Notes under the pieces: model-generated
What the model was told of the DNA's origin: nothing
Database searches by the model: none
What the model saw: the letters and a program-made list of their open reading frames with translations, nothing else
Assembly (NCBI GenBank): GCA_964443495.1
Contig: CAYUCS010000001.1
Coordinates: forward strand, 75,542-139,541
Source: an uncultured Gammaproteobacteria bacterium
Lineage (GTDB): Bacteria > Patescibacteriota > Patescibacteriia > Patescibacteriales > GWE2-39-37
Direction: 5' to 3'
DNA: 64,000 nucleotides
Part shown: positions 51,201-59,837 of the stretch, piece by piece
Position numbering within the stretch: the first letter of the stretch is position 1
Layout of the letters: each line of letters opens with the position of its first letter
Made by a program: the position numbers and the translations under genes

Positions 51201-53540
51201 AAGCAAATCTTGCCAGGCGAACTGTGGCATCAGGCCATGTCACCAAGAGTGCAGGCCCCGGCCAATTGTTCAAGGGCAGCAGTCAGATTCGAGGCTGATC
51301 CGGGCATGGAAGGTAATTTCTTCGTTGATGACGTCAAAGTCAAGCCGGTACTAGAAAACCGCACGAACGAATATGTCAGCCAGTCTTGCCGGCTTTACCC
51401 GAAGTCGGAAGCCAAGTCTTGCCAGTATCAGGACAACAGCGGGGTCAGGTACAACGGTTGGTATGGATATTGTCTGGAGAAGGATCGTTATCCGGGCTCC
51501 AACGATGCTTGCTTGCTCTGGTGGCCAGTTGACAAGATAAATGGCGACCCGTTCAGCAAAGAAAATACTTTCAAGGGTTATGATGGCAAGTTCCCGGCTT
51601 ATTATTGCGCCGAGCTGGATGGCAATTATCGTTACGTCGAGAAGCGCTCTGCTGGAATGGTTCTGCATCAGACTGCTTCTAGGGCCTGTTTCTGGGGCAA
51701 CTTCTTTAATGCGGTACTTCTTGGCGCGGTCACTGGGTGGGGTATGGTGCCAGGTTTCGACATTTTGGGCTATAATGGCACTTCTGCTACTGGCGGGCCG
51801 TATTGTCCGACCGGGGCAGGCTATCTGACTCAGACCGCCATGGTGGATTGCAGCTGTGGCTTCTTTGATACGGATTGCACTCAGCATTATTACACTTATT
51901 GTTTGCCAGCTTCTCGAAAATACATAGTTGGTAATGCGGGTGAGACCAACAATGAGTGGGGCGGCGGCGCGTGGTATCAGTTCAATGGCAGCTTGCTCAA
52001 GTGGCAATCTTTGGCTGGGTCCGTCACCACCGAAATCGATAATAGTGTCAGGATTCTTGATATGAGTGCAGCTGGAGCTGGCAATGACGGCGTCTTAGTT
52101 GATCCTGATAAGTATGACTTCCTCCCATGCAAAAAATTCTATCAGACGGTCAGTGAAACGGGTGAGAATAAAGTCTGGCTAGGGCGCTTGGGCGAGGATT
52201 CGAGATATTCTCCGCCGGGCCTGGCCTATCAGTACAAGCAGGATGATGCGCCATACGGATCAGCCGTGCCGCCGACTCCCTTGGATAATCCTTACGATTG
52301 GGATGGCCACACCAAGCCTGGCCGACAGCCGATTTCCTTCAAGCTGCCGGAAAGCCAGCAGGTCCGGGCCGGCTCACCTTACGGCTGTACGGGTGCAAAA
52401 TGCTCCCAGGTCGGCCATTGTGCCGACAGTGGCAGAACCTGCGTGTCCTTGAATTCCGTTACTGAATCGGTTGATTTATGCGCTACGCTAGGTGCTGCTG
52501 CTACGGTTTCTGGCGGTGCCTATAATACGCCCAACCGCTGCTACGCGTCTGAAGTAGCACAAGTCGTGCCGACCAATGTCATGTCCACCCAGTGCACCCG
52601 CATTGCTACCGGCCTTCCTTGCACGCCACAGAGCACAGCTGCATGTAATTGCATTTCGCAACCTACGGGCTTAGCGGCTCCGGCTCCGGCCAACGCGACA
52701 ATTTGCCGCAACGCTGCAAATGCCTATTGCGACCCGGGCTTGTGCAGCGCTCCTGTTGGAGCGGCCTCGTGCAACACCGTCTCGATCGGCGTAACCAATA
52801 TTACTACCGCGGCTGCTGGCGGGCCTTCAGATAATTTGGCCATGGTCTATCCGTCGACGGCATCTTCGACCAATCCAAACGCCAGAACCTGGACACCGCC
52901 GGAATATGCTTGCGAATACGGCGAAGAATGCGTCATTACGCCACAGCCGGATTGGCCAGTCGCCTCGCCGCAGGTGGCGCGTACGGCGGCTCAGACATAC
53001 CCCGCTTTGGAAAACCTCAAGCGCATGTTCGCTAAGAATTACGGCGTCTGGATCTGGAATCCGGCAACCAAGCACTACGAGAAGGATTTCAATCCGGTAG
53101 AGAATTGGGACATCAACAACGACCCGGCTGCCGGCTTCTGCGGCTCTCCGAGACCGGCCTGGAATCCGGGCATTTCGAACGATTATTGCCGCATCCGACC
53201 GGTGGTCGATAACGTGTTAGTCGACAAGAACGTGGTGCGCAAGGGCGATAACGTAATTCTAACCTTTAACTCGCATGTCGATGTCAATCAGTTGCCGGTA
53301 GTATACTATAAGATCGTTTGGGGCGATGGCAAGCCTGATACGGTCGTGACAGGAGAATTCGGTGATCGTCCTAACGCCAACAACCCTCATGTGGTTACCC
53401 ACCGTTATGAGTATAATGATATCCAGGGATGCGCGGCCAACCCTTGCGCCCCCATACAGCCTACCGTAGTCTTGATGGATAACTGGGGAACTGAGAGCGT
53501 AGTTGTGCCGGGTCCGGCGATATCGGTATTCTCGAATTAA
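45270..53540 (+). CDS. Giant (2756 aa) secreted cysteine-rich surface protein with repeated CBM-like (N-x-x-F-E ... G-W) modules
   Basis: Continuous ORF. N-terminal signal/TM (ISVLAVVLISGSLGLMFGVGRADAAG). Many C...C pairs. LLNSSFEDDLATGAW, ILSNSDFEDSTLQGW, LLFNNDFAQNI...GW, and NVYNGNMELAGENGYPIGW motifs. Confidence 0.75.
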   Translation: MYKWFKAKFIKASISVLAVVLISGSLGLMFGVGRADAAGESFPASMPWVTPVSNPFDIKTSDQSALSSYAQLYKKQEEQKQTSIWGTLKDYASKLKDWAREDLWNEVVVAGGSKALGSAVRNALNTIAMDTATWLGSGGNGQKPLFYTEGWGAYLTNVADNAAGTFVEQLGKQNGYAKFNLCKPNFALQMKIGLGLVQSVKPSAPACTFSKLVSNWENELSSEDFMDKIQSSFDPTNNDFGVAFSLQTGMFQQINEDKYSKLLTRQEGQGYINQGTSKIGESLGLPAKSEVERKNYLDAGMKANAITQYTGYALVDAANVFINQLAITAFNELMKKLGGKNYSSGYGNWNSLISNFKAGPDATIGGGIAATKNQLRKIGEPQFNVRGDYNILSELSSCPKPDKAGPTNCVIDDKFKQGILDKKTVAEAIKLGYLNGEKIVGFSSDGVEPRYTDAYPYRSLIILRKFRILPVGWEIAAQYIRDNLDPTKPNGVGPKSLGDLVACFDQNDEYPGYYAAWCQGLVDPNWLLKSPLNYCRREGPGPENISDDEATLVRGDKYCADEQSCIKEKADGSCEYYGYCTEERRKWKFNSESCEPLYNTCQTFKSESGASVSYLKNTLDYSGCSVDNAGCTDYCTAYNFATGKYACTATSTGNKVFLDRDAGSCDQKAEGCTSFIRTKEGTGANLLLNSSFEDDLATGAWAALGATTSDAFSGFSSLQLTPGVLTKNFSAGPGLTYVGGEYNIEGESYTISLYSKNCPAGSTVSLMDGANTESVSIESAGTWTLNSLSHVFMSSGPAFDFQFNTPGGSSCLIDAVKIEKSIGATPYSEYGTTGLVHEKYAPSYLGCDGVADPAECKDFARSCKFEEVGCELYTPVSGDMPVPGKVKPADYCVAECVGFDTYLQSQTTFDSLRPDYFIPKTAKACSAETNGCDQFTNLDKLGSGAEATEYYSYLRQCITSGGTQFYTWEGSNETGFQLKVVSLKADTDAHPWGPLDLDGNPVTPNVADYMGDPAITGDRLQEVAKCNERIYQLKQTDPGYNPDCREYYNTAGVKSYHLYSQTISEDANCHPYRRTEVNIDPSITVAGACVGADRNWNAATGECAVCINGGTWNVQQGACVYQAIPGQGTQCSAAANGCREYTGNTGQSVRILSNSDFEDSTLQGWTNFNGAAAPTLSPESVNMGGHSIYVQTAANNQGIVLKMPTSTMQVGGSYAITLIAKTRTPVNLKVRLTNAAAANVDFVGVGALTADWQMYRANLSEMTVVEAENLIIEADVPAEFFVDNIKLTEISNRFYLIKNSWNTPETCNQDLNKKPYPLYMLGCNEYKDRDNLTHYLRSFSYLCGEGSVGCELMVDIHNSTNPLQESYNAVTARAEDDLTVQADNYVYAVYDKKKLCQSEDVGCQRLGKPYDYSGERLHSDVYLKNNPDNYKKAMCDYPGLSCDEYASGDSMTYFKNPGDLTCEWRPGPKNVFAWYKKKVKRCNATGPVCSTDKDCVSPQKCETETADILCSNDAGVNPKTFGIGTGFRTAQPTRDAAGANWVGVCPAEESGCTEFIDPKSSFNQNLLFNNDFAQNINLGDEPNRDGWPGNIQGVKLDANTLYVLSGTGNAGSSVTVGNCTSAIGGSNVSLLDAATNSLNAPAAAVTLTLGVSPTKTSLAFYSNNSIRCNISVVPAGPLTGLDLGLYKAAVDYQVDKNLDSTSCNGLVDQSQGCVLFNKRGQDGASVTSLNYDVDTSSSSPSVSVGIERDSNILLKVAPDRICDKWLSCRSSVTLKDQDGNDKNVCLDIALCNQFGFEGGCNGTISKDRNNQTYNYPNLGGGLLSANQVGNISGYAKVGKNQAGQTDAQIPFGSMLQYGASANVYNGNMELAGENGYPIGWKYHLSNDVWDEKSFKVINTVAAVQNEGVGGAPEGSGILKLGVRHVITSNSFTVKGGEFYILQAQVNTARLKGDDNADRVHMRFICIDNAMAEIQMDDKQILPGELWHQAMSPRVQAPANCSRAAVRFEADPGMEGNFFVDDVKVKPVLENRTNEYVSQSCRLYPKSEAKSCQYQDNSGVRYNGWYGYCLEKDRYPGSNDACLLWWPVDKINGDPFSKENTFKGYDGKFPAYYCAELDGNYRYVEKRSAGMVLHQTASRACFWGNFFNAVLLGAVTGWGMVPGFDILGYNGTSATGGPYCPTGAGYLTQTAMVDCSCGFFDTDCTQHYYTYCLPASRKYIVGNAGETNNEWGGGAWYQFNGSLLKWQSLAGSVTTEIDNSVRILDMSAAGAGNDGVLVDPDKYDFLPCKKFYQTVSETGENKVWLGRLGEDSRYSPPGLAYQYKQDDAPYGSAVPPTPLDNPYDWDGHTKPGRQPISFKLPESQQVRAGSPYGCTGAKCSQVGHCADSGRTCVSLNSVTESVDLCATLGAAATVSGGAYNTPNRCYASEVAQVVPTNVMSTQCTRIATGLPCTPQSTAACNCISQPTGLAAPAPANATICRNAANAYCDPGLCSAPVGAASCNTVSIGVTNITTAAAGGPSDNLAMVYPSTASSTNPNARTWTPPEYACEYGEECVITPQPDWPVASPQVARTAAQTYPALENLKRMFAKNYGVWIWNPATKHYEKDFNPVENWDINNDPAAGFCGSPRPAWNPGISNDYCRIRPVVDNVLVDKNVVRKGDNVILTFNSHVDVNQLPVVYYKIVWGDGKPDTVVTGEFGDRPNANNPHVVTHRYEYNDIQGCAANPCAPIQPTVVLMDNWGTESVVVPGPAISVFSN

Positions 53541-53541
53541 G

Positions 53542-54141
53542 ATGATTGAAATCAACCAACAACAAGCTGCGCTGGATTTGCGTCTGGCGCAAGCGGCCGA
53601 ACGCAATGGCATCGAGTCCGAAGAGCCAGTTGTTGAGCAGCCGGAAATGTCGTTGCGCCAACGGCTAGCGGCAAAAAGAAAGGCAGAAAAGTATAAGTAC
53701 GCTGCGGATGAGAGGCTTGATCGGGCAAGGATTAGGACAGAAGAACGATTTATAAAGGCTTCCTCAGCCAGAGCGTTACGGGCAGCATGGCTGAGCGAAG
53801 GGACGATAGTCGGTTTTTTGTTCGGATTGGCTTATATTAATCTCCATGTATTCCTAAGGTTAGTCTTCGGTCCGGATATGTTTTGCAAGCTAGGTGAGGA
53901 GTGGTCGTTAGGCAAAGCTGGGTCAGTCGGAAAGACGGCAAGCATAGGTGCTTTTTGGGCAGAGGTCCTGCAACTAATCTTCTTTGACTTATTGATATTT
54001 GGTGCAGTCGCTTATTCCATTTTTTGGCTTTATTTGCTGGCGGAGTTGATAAATATACCTTCGTGGGAGACGGTTAAGGAAGTGGGTATACTTTTCTTTG
54101 AGCCTTTATGGGAATTGATAAAAACTAACATGACGTCATGA
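53542..54141 (+). CDS. Membrane protein (hypothetical), first gene after the giant ORF
   Basis: ATG 2 nt after the giant gene's stop. Polar N-terminal half and 3-4 TM in the C-terminal half. Stop overlaps the next start (ATGA). Confidence 0.5.
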   Translation: MIEINQQQAALDLRLAQAAERNGIESEEPVVEQPEMSLRQRLAAKRKAEKYKYAADERLDRARIRTEERFIKASSARALRAAWLSEGTIVGFLFGLAYINLHVFLRLVFGPDMFCKLGEEWSLGKAGSVGKTASIGAFWAEVLQLIFFDLLIFGAVAYSIFWLYLLAELINIPSWETVKEVGILFFEPLWELIKTNMTS

Positions 54142-56783
54142 GGAAAATTTCTTCTTTTATGAAGGGTAATGGCAGGACATTTTTTTACGCGCTAGTTATA
54201 GTTGCGTCTTTACTTGTGGCGAATTCGTCATATGCTGCCTATGGTGAAGAAACAATCAAGACAGTATTTGGTGGCGTCGGCGTTGCAGTAACGACGGTCG
54301 TCGGTATTTTTGCTTACATGATTACTACTGTATTTGGTCTTGCTCTAACGGTGATGGCCGCGTTGTTGGTTCAAGTTGCCCAGTATAGCGACATTATCAA
54401 TGTGCCGGCAGTCAGAGAAGGGTGGATAATTGTCAGAGACCTCTGCAATATGTTCTTTGTTTTGATTTTCTTGATAATCGCATTTGCCACGATTTTGCGG
54501 ATGGAGAATTACAGTGCCAAGCGTTTGCTGCCCAAGTTGATTATCATGGCCATTTTGATTAATTTTTCCAAAACCATCTTTGGCTTATTGATTGATTTTT
54601 CGCAGATTATCATGCTGACCTTCGTTGTTGCCTTCAAGAATGGAGGTGGCTGGTTTATGGATGCATTTAGAGTGCAGGATTGGTATAAGTTCAATCTTAA
54701 AGATAATTCAGGCGCAGCAACGCAATGGGGAACGGTTATTGCCATGATTTTGTCTGTTTTTGCATCAGCTGTTGCCTTAGTAATGGTAATCGTGATTTTA
54801 GCAGTTTTGGTAATCCGCATAGTGATGCTTTGGATTTATACGATTTTGTCGCCCTTCGTCTTTTTGGGCTGGGCCTTCCCCCCAGTCGGTAAATATACGG
54901 AACAAATTTGGACCGATTTTATAAAACAACTGATAGTTGGCCCGGTCTTGGCCTTTTTCCTGTGGCTAGCATTGGCATTTGCTTCGGGCAGCGCGATGAC
55001 AATGGGACAACCGTTTAACGATAAGGAGGTGTGTGCAGGCATTAGCGGTTTGTTTTGTACTGGTCAGTTGCAAAAATTCGTCATTATGCTCGGAATGATG
55101 CTTGGCGGTTTGATGACTGCTCAGTCGGTTGGTGGAGCCGGTGCTAAGGCGGCAAATTGGGGCATGAACAAGATCAAGACTGGCCAGGTCTGGGCCGGCA
55201 ATAAGTTTAATCGCGGACTCCAGGATGTCACGCGTATCAGTGCCGCCAAGGAGTACTTGTCACAGCGAAGCGCGGCCAAAGATGGGGCCCGTGCTGACCG
55301 TATCCAGGGGCAGGTTGCCTGGATGCAAGGCAAGACTAGTGCAATACAGAGCACTTTTGTTGCCGAACCGAGCAAATTCGTAAGCAAACATTGGGGCAAG
55401 TTCGGTAGCAATGAAGCGGCTAGAATCAGGAAGGAGGTTGTCGGTGACAGGGATAAGCTTAAGTCAGTCCAGGAAGAGAATGGGTATTATTATAGGGAAA
55501 ACATCAAGGATAAGCTTGGTAAGAGCAAGGTCGTTGTTGGAAGCAAGGTTTACGATAAGACATCGTTCGGCTGGGCCGATACGCTTACTGGTAGATCATA
55601 CACCGACGATAAGATGAAGGATATTTTGAAGAATGTCGAAGTCGCTAAGCTTAAAAAGACTATCACCAACAAAGAGGCTGCGGCTAGCAAGCACGAAGCC
55701 AGGCAAAAGAAGGCTGATAAATACCTCAAGACAGGGTTGGCCGTCGGCGGAGGCGCTTTGGCTGCCGCGACCGGGGGTGCAAGTCTAGCGGCGTTATATT
55801 CCGGTTTGACGGCATCTTTGGGTGGAATCACAGTAAGCGGCGCCGCAGTGGGTGCAGCCTTAGGTGGCGCGATTGGTGCAGGAGCCGGCGCCGGAGCAGG
55901 TGCAGGCACGATTGATAAGCTGAAAAAATTGAAAGATGCCGGAAGTGTCGATGGCAATTCCTTGTCAAAATATAGGAACGAGCAAGTCACTAAAGCCCAG
56001 GACAAGATGAAAGATGATAGTGATGGTGAGGTTTTGGCGACACTGGACAATTCGAGCAAGAGTCCGTTCGTGCGTATGGCTGCCTTGATGGAATCAATGA
56101 ACCGCCATCTTGTTGATGCGCAACAGATAAATCGTTATCGTAACGATTTTCAGGCACAGGGCGGTCTTCTTGGCGGAGCCAAGCCCGGCTCGACTGGAGA
56201 TATTAAGCCTTGGAATGACAAAAAGCTGGAGAGCCGCTTCAGCGCGAATATAGACAAGAATAAGTTTTTGGCCGCAACTAAGGATTTCGAACTTGCCAAA
56301 GGTACCGATGTTGCAGCCAAGGAGGCCCAGGATCGAATCAGTGGCAGCCTGGCTAGCGGAGCCATATCAATGAAGGACCTGGATGTCGAGACTTTGACCA
56401 ACTCCATCAATTCCTTGGCTTTGAACATCAAAAATTCCAAGTTCATTAAGGAGTGGAAGGAAAATCTTAATCCTAATCAGCAAGGTGCCGTCCTTAGGGC
56501 TTTAGAAAACTCCAAGCTTTATGATGCTAAGACTAAGCTGGCTTTCATTTCCAATATTGAAAAAGCGTTTGGCAAGGGCAAAGCGATGCCCGGTACCGAT
56601 AAAGAAAAGTTCATCAAGGGCCTGTCAATCGATGATATTAGTGAGATATTGACAAAGGGCAAGGCTGAGCAAGTCCAGGCCTTGAAGGAGGCTATTGCGG
56701 CCGATGATGCTGTATTGCCTGATGCCCTTCGAAATTCAAGCTCACCAAAGGCGGCTGGTATTAAAAAAGATCTGGGAATATAA
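54138..56783 (+). CDS. VirB6/TrbL-like polytopic membrane protein with a long hydrophilic C-terminal extension
   Basis: Signal-like N-terminus, about 6 further TM helices in the first 340 aa, then 540 aa hydrophilic with a (GA)n stretch. Confidence 0.45.
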   Translation: MRKISSFMKGNGRTFFYALVIVASLLVANSSYAAYGEETIKTVFGGVGVAVTTVVGIFAYMITTVFGLALTVMAALLVQVAQYSDIINVPAVREGWIIVRDLCNMFFVLIFLIIAFATILRMENYSAKRLLPKLIIMAILINFSKTIFGLLIDFSQIIMLTFVVAFKNGGGWFMDAFRVQDWYKFNLKDNSGAATQWGTVIAMILSVFASAVALVMVIVILAVLVIRIVMLWIYTILSPFVFLGWAFPPVGKYTEQIWTDFIKQLIVGPVLAFFLWLALAFASGSAMTMGQPFNDKEVCAGISGLFCTGQLQKFVIMLGMMLGGLMTAQSVGGAGAKAANWGMNKIKTGQVWAGNKFNRGLQDVTRISAAKEYLSQRSAAKDGARADRIQGQVAWMQGKTSAIQSTFVAEPSKFVSKHWGKFGSNEAARIRKEVVGDRDKLKSVQEENGYYYRENIKDKLGKSKVVVGSKVYDKTSFGWADTLTGRSYTDDKMKDILKNVEVAKLKKTITNKEAAASKHEARQKKADKYLKTGLAVGGGALAAATGGASLAALYSGLTASLGGITVSGAAVGAALGGAIGAGAGAGAGAGTIDKLKKLKDAGSVDGNSLSKYRNEQVTKAQDKMKDDSDGEVLATLDNSSKSPFVRMAALMESMNRHLVDAQQINRYRNDFQAQGGLLGGAKPGSTGDIKPWNDKKLESRFSANIDKNKFLAATKDFELAKGTDVAAKEAQDRISGSLASGAISMKDLDVETLTNSINSLALNIKNSKFIKEWKENLNPNQQGAVLRALENSKLYDAKTKLAFISNIEKAFGKGKAMPGTDKEKFIKGLSIDDISEILTKGKAEQVQALKEAIAADDAVLPDALRNSSSPKAAGIKKDLGI

Positions 56784-56793
56784 AAGCAAAACT

Positions 56794-57927
56794 ATGTCTA
56801 ATATAGCTAATCAATTTTTGACAAAGTTAGAAAGTCTTCCGCCCGAGGCTCAGTTTTATTTTGATTCGGAGTTTTTGGGCCTTAAAATAAAGGACTTGTC
56901 TTCCAGATACGGACTTGCTGATACGGATATAAACGAACTGGTCTATTTGGCAGTTGCGGGTGACTTCAACTTTGCCAGCATTGATAACCATGAAGTTTTC
57001 TTAGGAATCAAGGATGATGTTTTGAAAAAGCAGCTTATAAGCGATTTTTGGGGCGCAATCATTTTGCCCGTTGCGGGATATGTCGGCATTCCTGCTCTTG
57101 CGGGAGCAATCAAGTCCAGGTTGGGCGATTGGCAAAGATACACCATTGACATCAATGAGCTAGAAGAAGAATTGAAAGACGAGCACTCGAGAGTTATGGA
57201 AGAGTTGGCAATCATTAAGGATGAAATAACGGACATTAATGAGGAGGTGAACGTCGCGCGGAGCCTTTTTGCCAATGGCTTGTTGTATGTCCTGCAAAAC
57301 AATGATGATAATTCTATTTTTGATCTTAACGCCGGCTTAGTTTATTTGTTAAACAAGGAACCGTCCTTGAAAGATGAGCTAGCCGAGTTCATTATTGAAA
57401 ACCAAGAAAAGCTCTCAGAAAAAACCATACTTATCGATGGTAAGCAGGAGCAACCGACAGTGGCCAATTGGCTGAAAGATTTTATGCAGAAGCAGGGCGG
57501 AGGGAATATTAATAATTTGGCAGTGACCCAATATCTTACCAATTCTGAGAACGCGAAGATTCTTGATCGTGAACAAAAGACATTGTTGGGTGATGTTTTG
57601 GAGCTGTATAGAAATATCAAGTTTTTTCCTGAAAGCATGAAAGATGTTCCGCCAGAGCAGTGGTTTATTGTTCCTGTTGAGCCCTTATTTTTGGAGTCTG
57701 TCAGAAAGAAGGCCGGCACAAACAAGATAGATGCCAGTAAACCATTACTAGTCAAGTCTCCGCAAAATGTCCGGTCGGAAAAGGTCGATGTAGAGCCGAT
57801 GCCACAACCGATTGTTAATCCAACTGAAGCAAGAAGAAAAGAATTGCAATTGATGGCCGAAACCTTTCCTGTCGGCAGCCTTGAGCGCAGGGCTTTGGAG
57901 CAGGAAATCGCAAGTCTGAATAAATAA
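56794..57927 (+). CDS. hypothetical protein (N-terminal domain paralogous to the next gene)
   Basis: ATG at 56794 (MSNIANQFLTKLESLPPEAQ). Confidence 0.5.
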   Translation: MSNIANQFLTKLESLPPEAQFYFDSEFLGLKIKDLSSRYGLADTDINELVYLAVAGDFNFASIDNHEVFLGIKDDVLKKQLISDFWGAIILPVAGYVGIPALAGAIKSRLGDWQRYTIDINELEEELKDEHSRVMEELAIIKDEITDINEEVNVARSLFANGLLYVLQNNDDNSIFDLNAGLVYLLNKEPSLKDELAEFIIENQEKLSEKTILIDGKQEQPTVANWLKDFMQKQGGGNINNLAVTQYLTNSENAKILDREQKTLLGDVLELYRNIKFFPESMKDVPPEQWFIVPVEPLFLESVRKKAGTNKIDASKPLLVKSPQNVRSEKVDVEPMPQPIVNPTEARRKELQLMAETFPVGSLERRALEQEIASLNK

Positions 57928-57934
57928 AACAATT

Positions 57935-59392
57935 ATGAGTTTTGATTATCTTAGAAAATTCAACGAGCTGCCCGTCGAAGTGAAAGAGGCCGCTTCTTCG
58001 CCGGAAGCGATGGCTGTCTTGGACAAGCTGGAAGAGCAATATCATGTCAATCTGGCCAGCTCGGTCATGCGCATCCTGGTTAAGGAAATCAAGTTGTCCG
58101 AGTTGGACAAGCATTTGCTGATCGATTTAAAGATGGGCCCAGCCGAGGCTGTGGCCGTAGCCGCCTCATTGAGGGACAAGATTCTGTCTCCGGCTATGAA
58201 ATATCTTGAAACGGAGGCTTCGGCGCCGGTCGCAAAAGGACAGGAGCTGGTAGAAATTGAGCACAATCTTCCTGACGCGCCAGCCAATCACGGGCACGCG
58301 GAAGAAGAAGTGGTTGAGCTTTCCCAGGAGCTGAAGGAGCTTAATCGCGAAAAGACTTTGCAGTTGGATCTTAAGGTGAGCAACCAGGAAGATATTTTCA
58401 ATGAAGAGGACGAGACGGAAATCAAGGTCTTGACGGAACAGATCGGCACGATCGAGAAGCCCAAGGATGGCCAAGCGGAAGCGAATCTGGCCAAGCTCAT
58501 CGAGGAATGCAAGATAAGTTTTTCCAGCCAGATCTTAGTCGATCGTTTCCGGCAGATTCTTAGCACTTACTTAAAGGGAATAAGGAAGAAGATCGAGACC
58601 AAGGATGCCATGCTTAAACCCATCGAGGCGGGCGGACTGAACCTTGATAACGCTGAAATAGAGCGCGTTATGCAGTTGGCTCAGAAATACGCACCAACGG
58701 ACGATGGCGCCAAGATCGAGCAGCCGAAGAAAATCGTACTGCCCGAAGACAAGTTGGCGTCTGATCGGATGGCAGTGCTGAAAGAGATCGGTGCGCGCGA
58801 TGTCGAATACGATCTGGGCAAGGCCATCGAGGCCCGCCAAAGCCAAGTGCCAGCCAGCGAGCCGGCGAAACCGGTGACTGAGCCGATCGCGCCGCAAGCA
58901 GCGCCGATTACGCCAGCAACACCCGTCACGCCGCCCCCGGTAGTCGAAGCGCCGAAGCCCGAAACGGCACAGCTGACGGCAGAGCCAGCGAAAAAAACAT
59001 TCTCGTTTTTCCGCAGCTCCGATGCGATAGGCAAGAAAAAGATGCAGGACGTGAAATTCGTGCCCAAGACCATGGGGCCGATCGATGAGCTGCGCTTCAT
59101 GGATACGGTCAGTTTTCGACGTTTGGGCAAGGTAGCTTCCGAGAGCACTGCGAAGCTGAAGGATAAGATAGCTCTTTTGGAAAAAGAGCAGTATGCTAAG
59201 AAGCTCGAGGGCATAAAGGCCTGGAGGCAGAGCCCGCTGAACCAGCTTTATATCTCGATGACCCAGAACGCCTTGAGCAAAGGCGCCAGTATTGACCAGA
59301 TCATAGCGCAAAAATCGCAAGCTAACGAAGATTGTTTGAACCAGGCGGAGTTTGAAGCTATAATGAAGTTAAATCAAGATTTAAGATTCTAG
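57935..59392 (+). CDS. hypothetical acidic protein (N-terminal domain paralogous to the previous gene)
   Basis: MSFDYLRKFNELPVEVKEAASSPEAMAVLD... Pro-rich linker PITPATPVTPPPVVEAPKP. Confidence 0.5.
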   Translation: MSFDYLRKFNELPVEVKEAASSPEAMAVLDKLEEQYHVNLASSVMRILVKEIKLSELDKHLLIDLKMGPAEAVAVAASLRDKILSPAMKYLETEASAPVAKGQELVEIEHNLPDAPANHGHAEEEVVELSQELKELNREKTLQLDLKVSNQEDIFNEEDETEIKVLTEQIGTIEKPKDGQAEANLAKLIEECKISFSSQILVDRFRQILSTYLKGIRKKIETKDAMLKPIEAGGLNLDNAEIERVMQLAQKYAPTDDGAKIEQPKKIVLPEDKLASDRMAVLKEIGARDVEYDLGKAIEARQSQVPASEPAKPVTEPIAPQAAPITPATPVTPPPVVEAPKPETAQLTAEPAKKTFSFFRSSDAIGKKKMQDVKFVPKTMGPIDELRFMDTVSFRRLGKVASESTAKLKDKIALLEKEQYAKKLEGIKAWRQSPLNQLYISMTQNALSKGASIDQIIAQKSQANEDCLNQAEFEAIMKLNQDLRF

Positions 59393-59395
59393 GAT

Positions 59396-59830
59396 ATGCA
59401 GCAATTCACAGTACCGCAGTTTATCGATGTCGAAGACAAGATTATCGGGCCGATTACCACGCGCCAATTCGTCATAATTTTGGCTTCATTCATGATAATC
59501 GCCCTGTGCTACCGCCTTTTTGATTTCTCAGCCTTTATCTTTTTTTCGGTCATCATTTTCGCGGTAATGGTGGTATTGGCATTCGTCAAGATTAACGGAC
59601 GGCCGTTTCATTTTTTTCTACTGAACATCATCCAGACCTTCAAGCGCCCCAAGACCAGGATCTGGCTCAAGGAAGATGATGTCGAGTCGTCGGTCGAGGC
59701 GGAGGATCCTTCACTGAAAAGGTTTGAGCCGGTACCGGTCAAGGAATATACTTTGGGCGGCTCAAGGCTTGATGAGATGTCGTTGATCGTCGATACCCAA
59801 GGTGCATATCGCGGAGAAATCAGAAAATAA
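59396..59830 (+). CDS. PrgI/VirB3-like small membrane protein
   Basis: MQQFTVPQFIDVEDKIIGPITTRQF followed by two TM helices. This matches the PrgI-family N-terminus as recalled from memory. Confidence 0.45.
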   Translation: MQQFTVPQFIDVEDKIIGPITTRQFVIILASFMIIALCYRLFDFSAFIFFSVIIFAVMVVLAFVKINGRPFHFFLLNIIQTFKRPKTRIWLKEDDVESSVEAEDPSLKRFEPVPVKEYTLGGSRLDEMSLIVDTQGAYRGEIRK

Positions 59831-59837
59831 AAACATT

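Noticed and set aside
58571-59320. 249-aa minus-strand ORF inside the 485-aa operon gene
   Set aside because: Antisense to a tightly coupled operon member. Arg/Leu-rich shadow translation.
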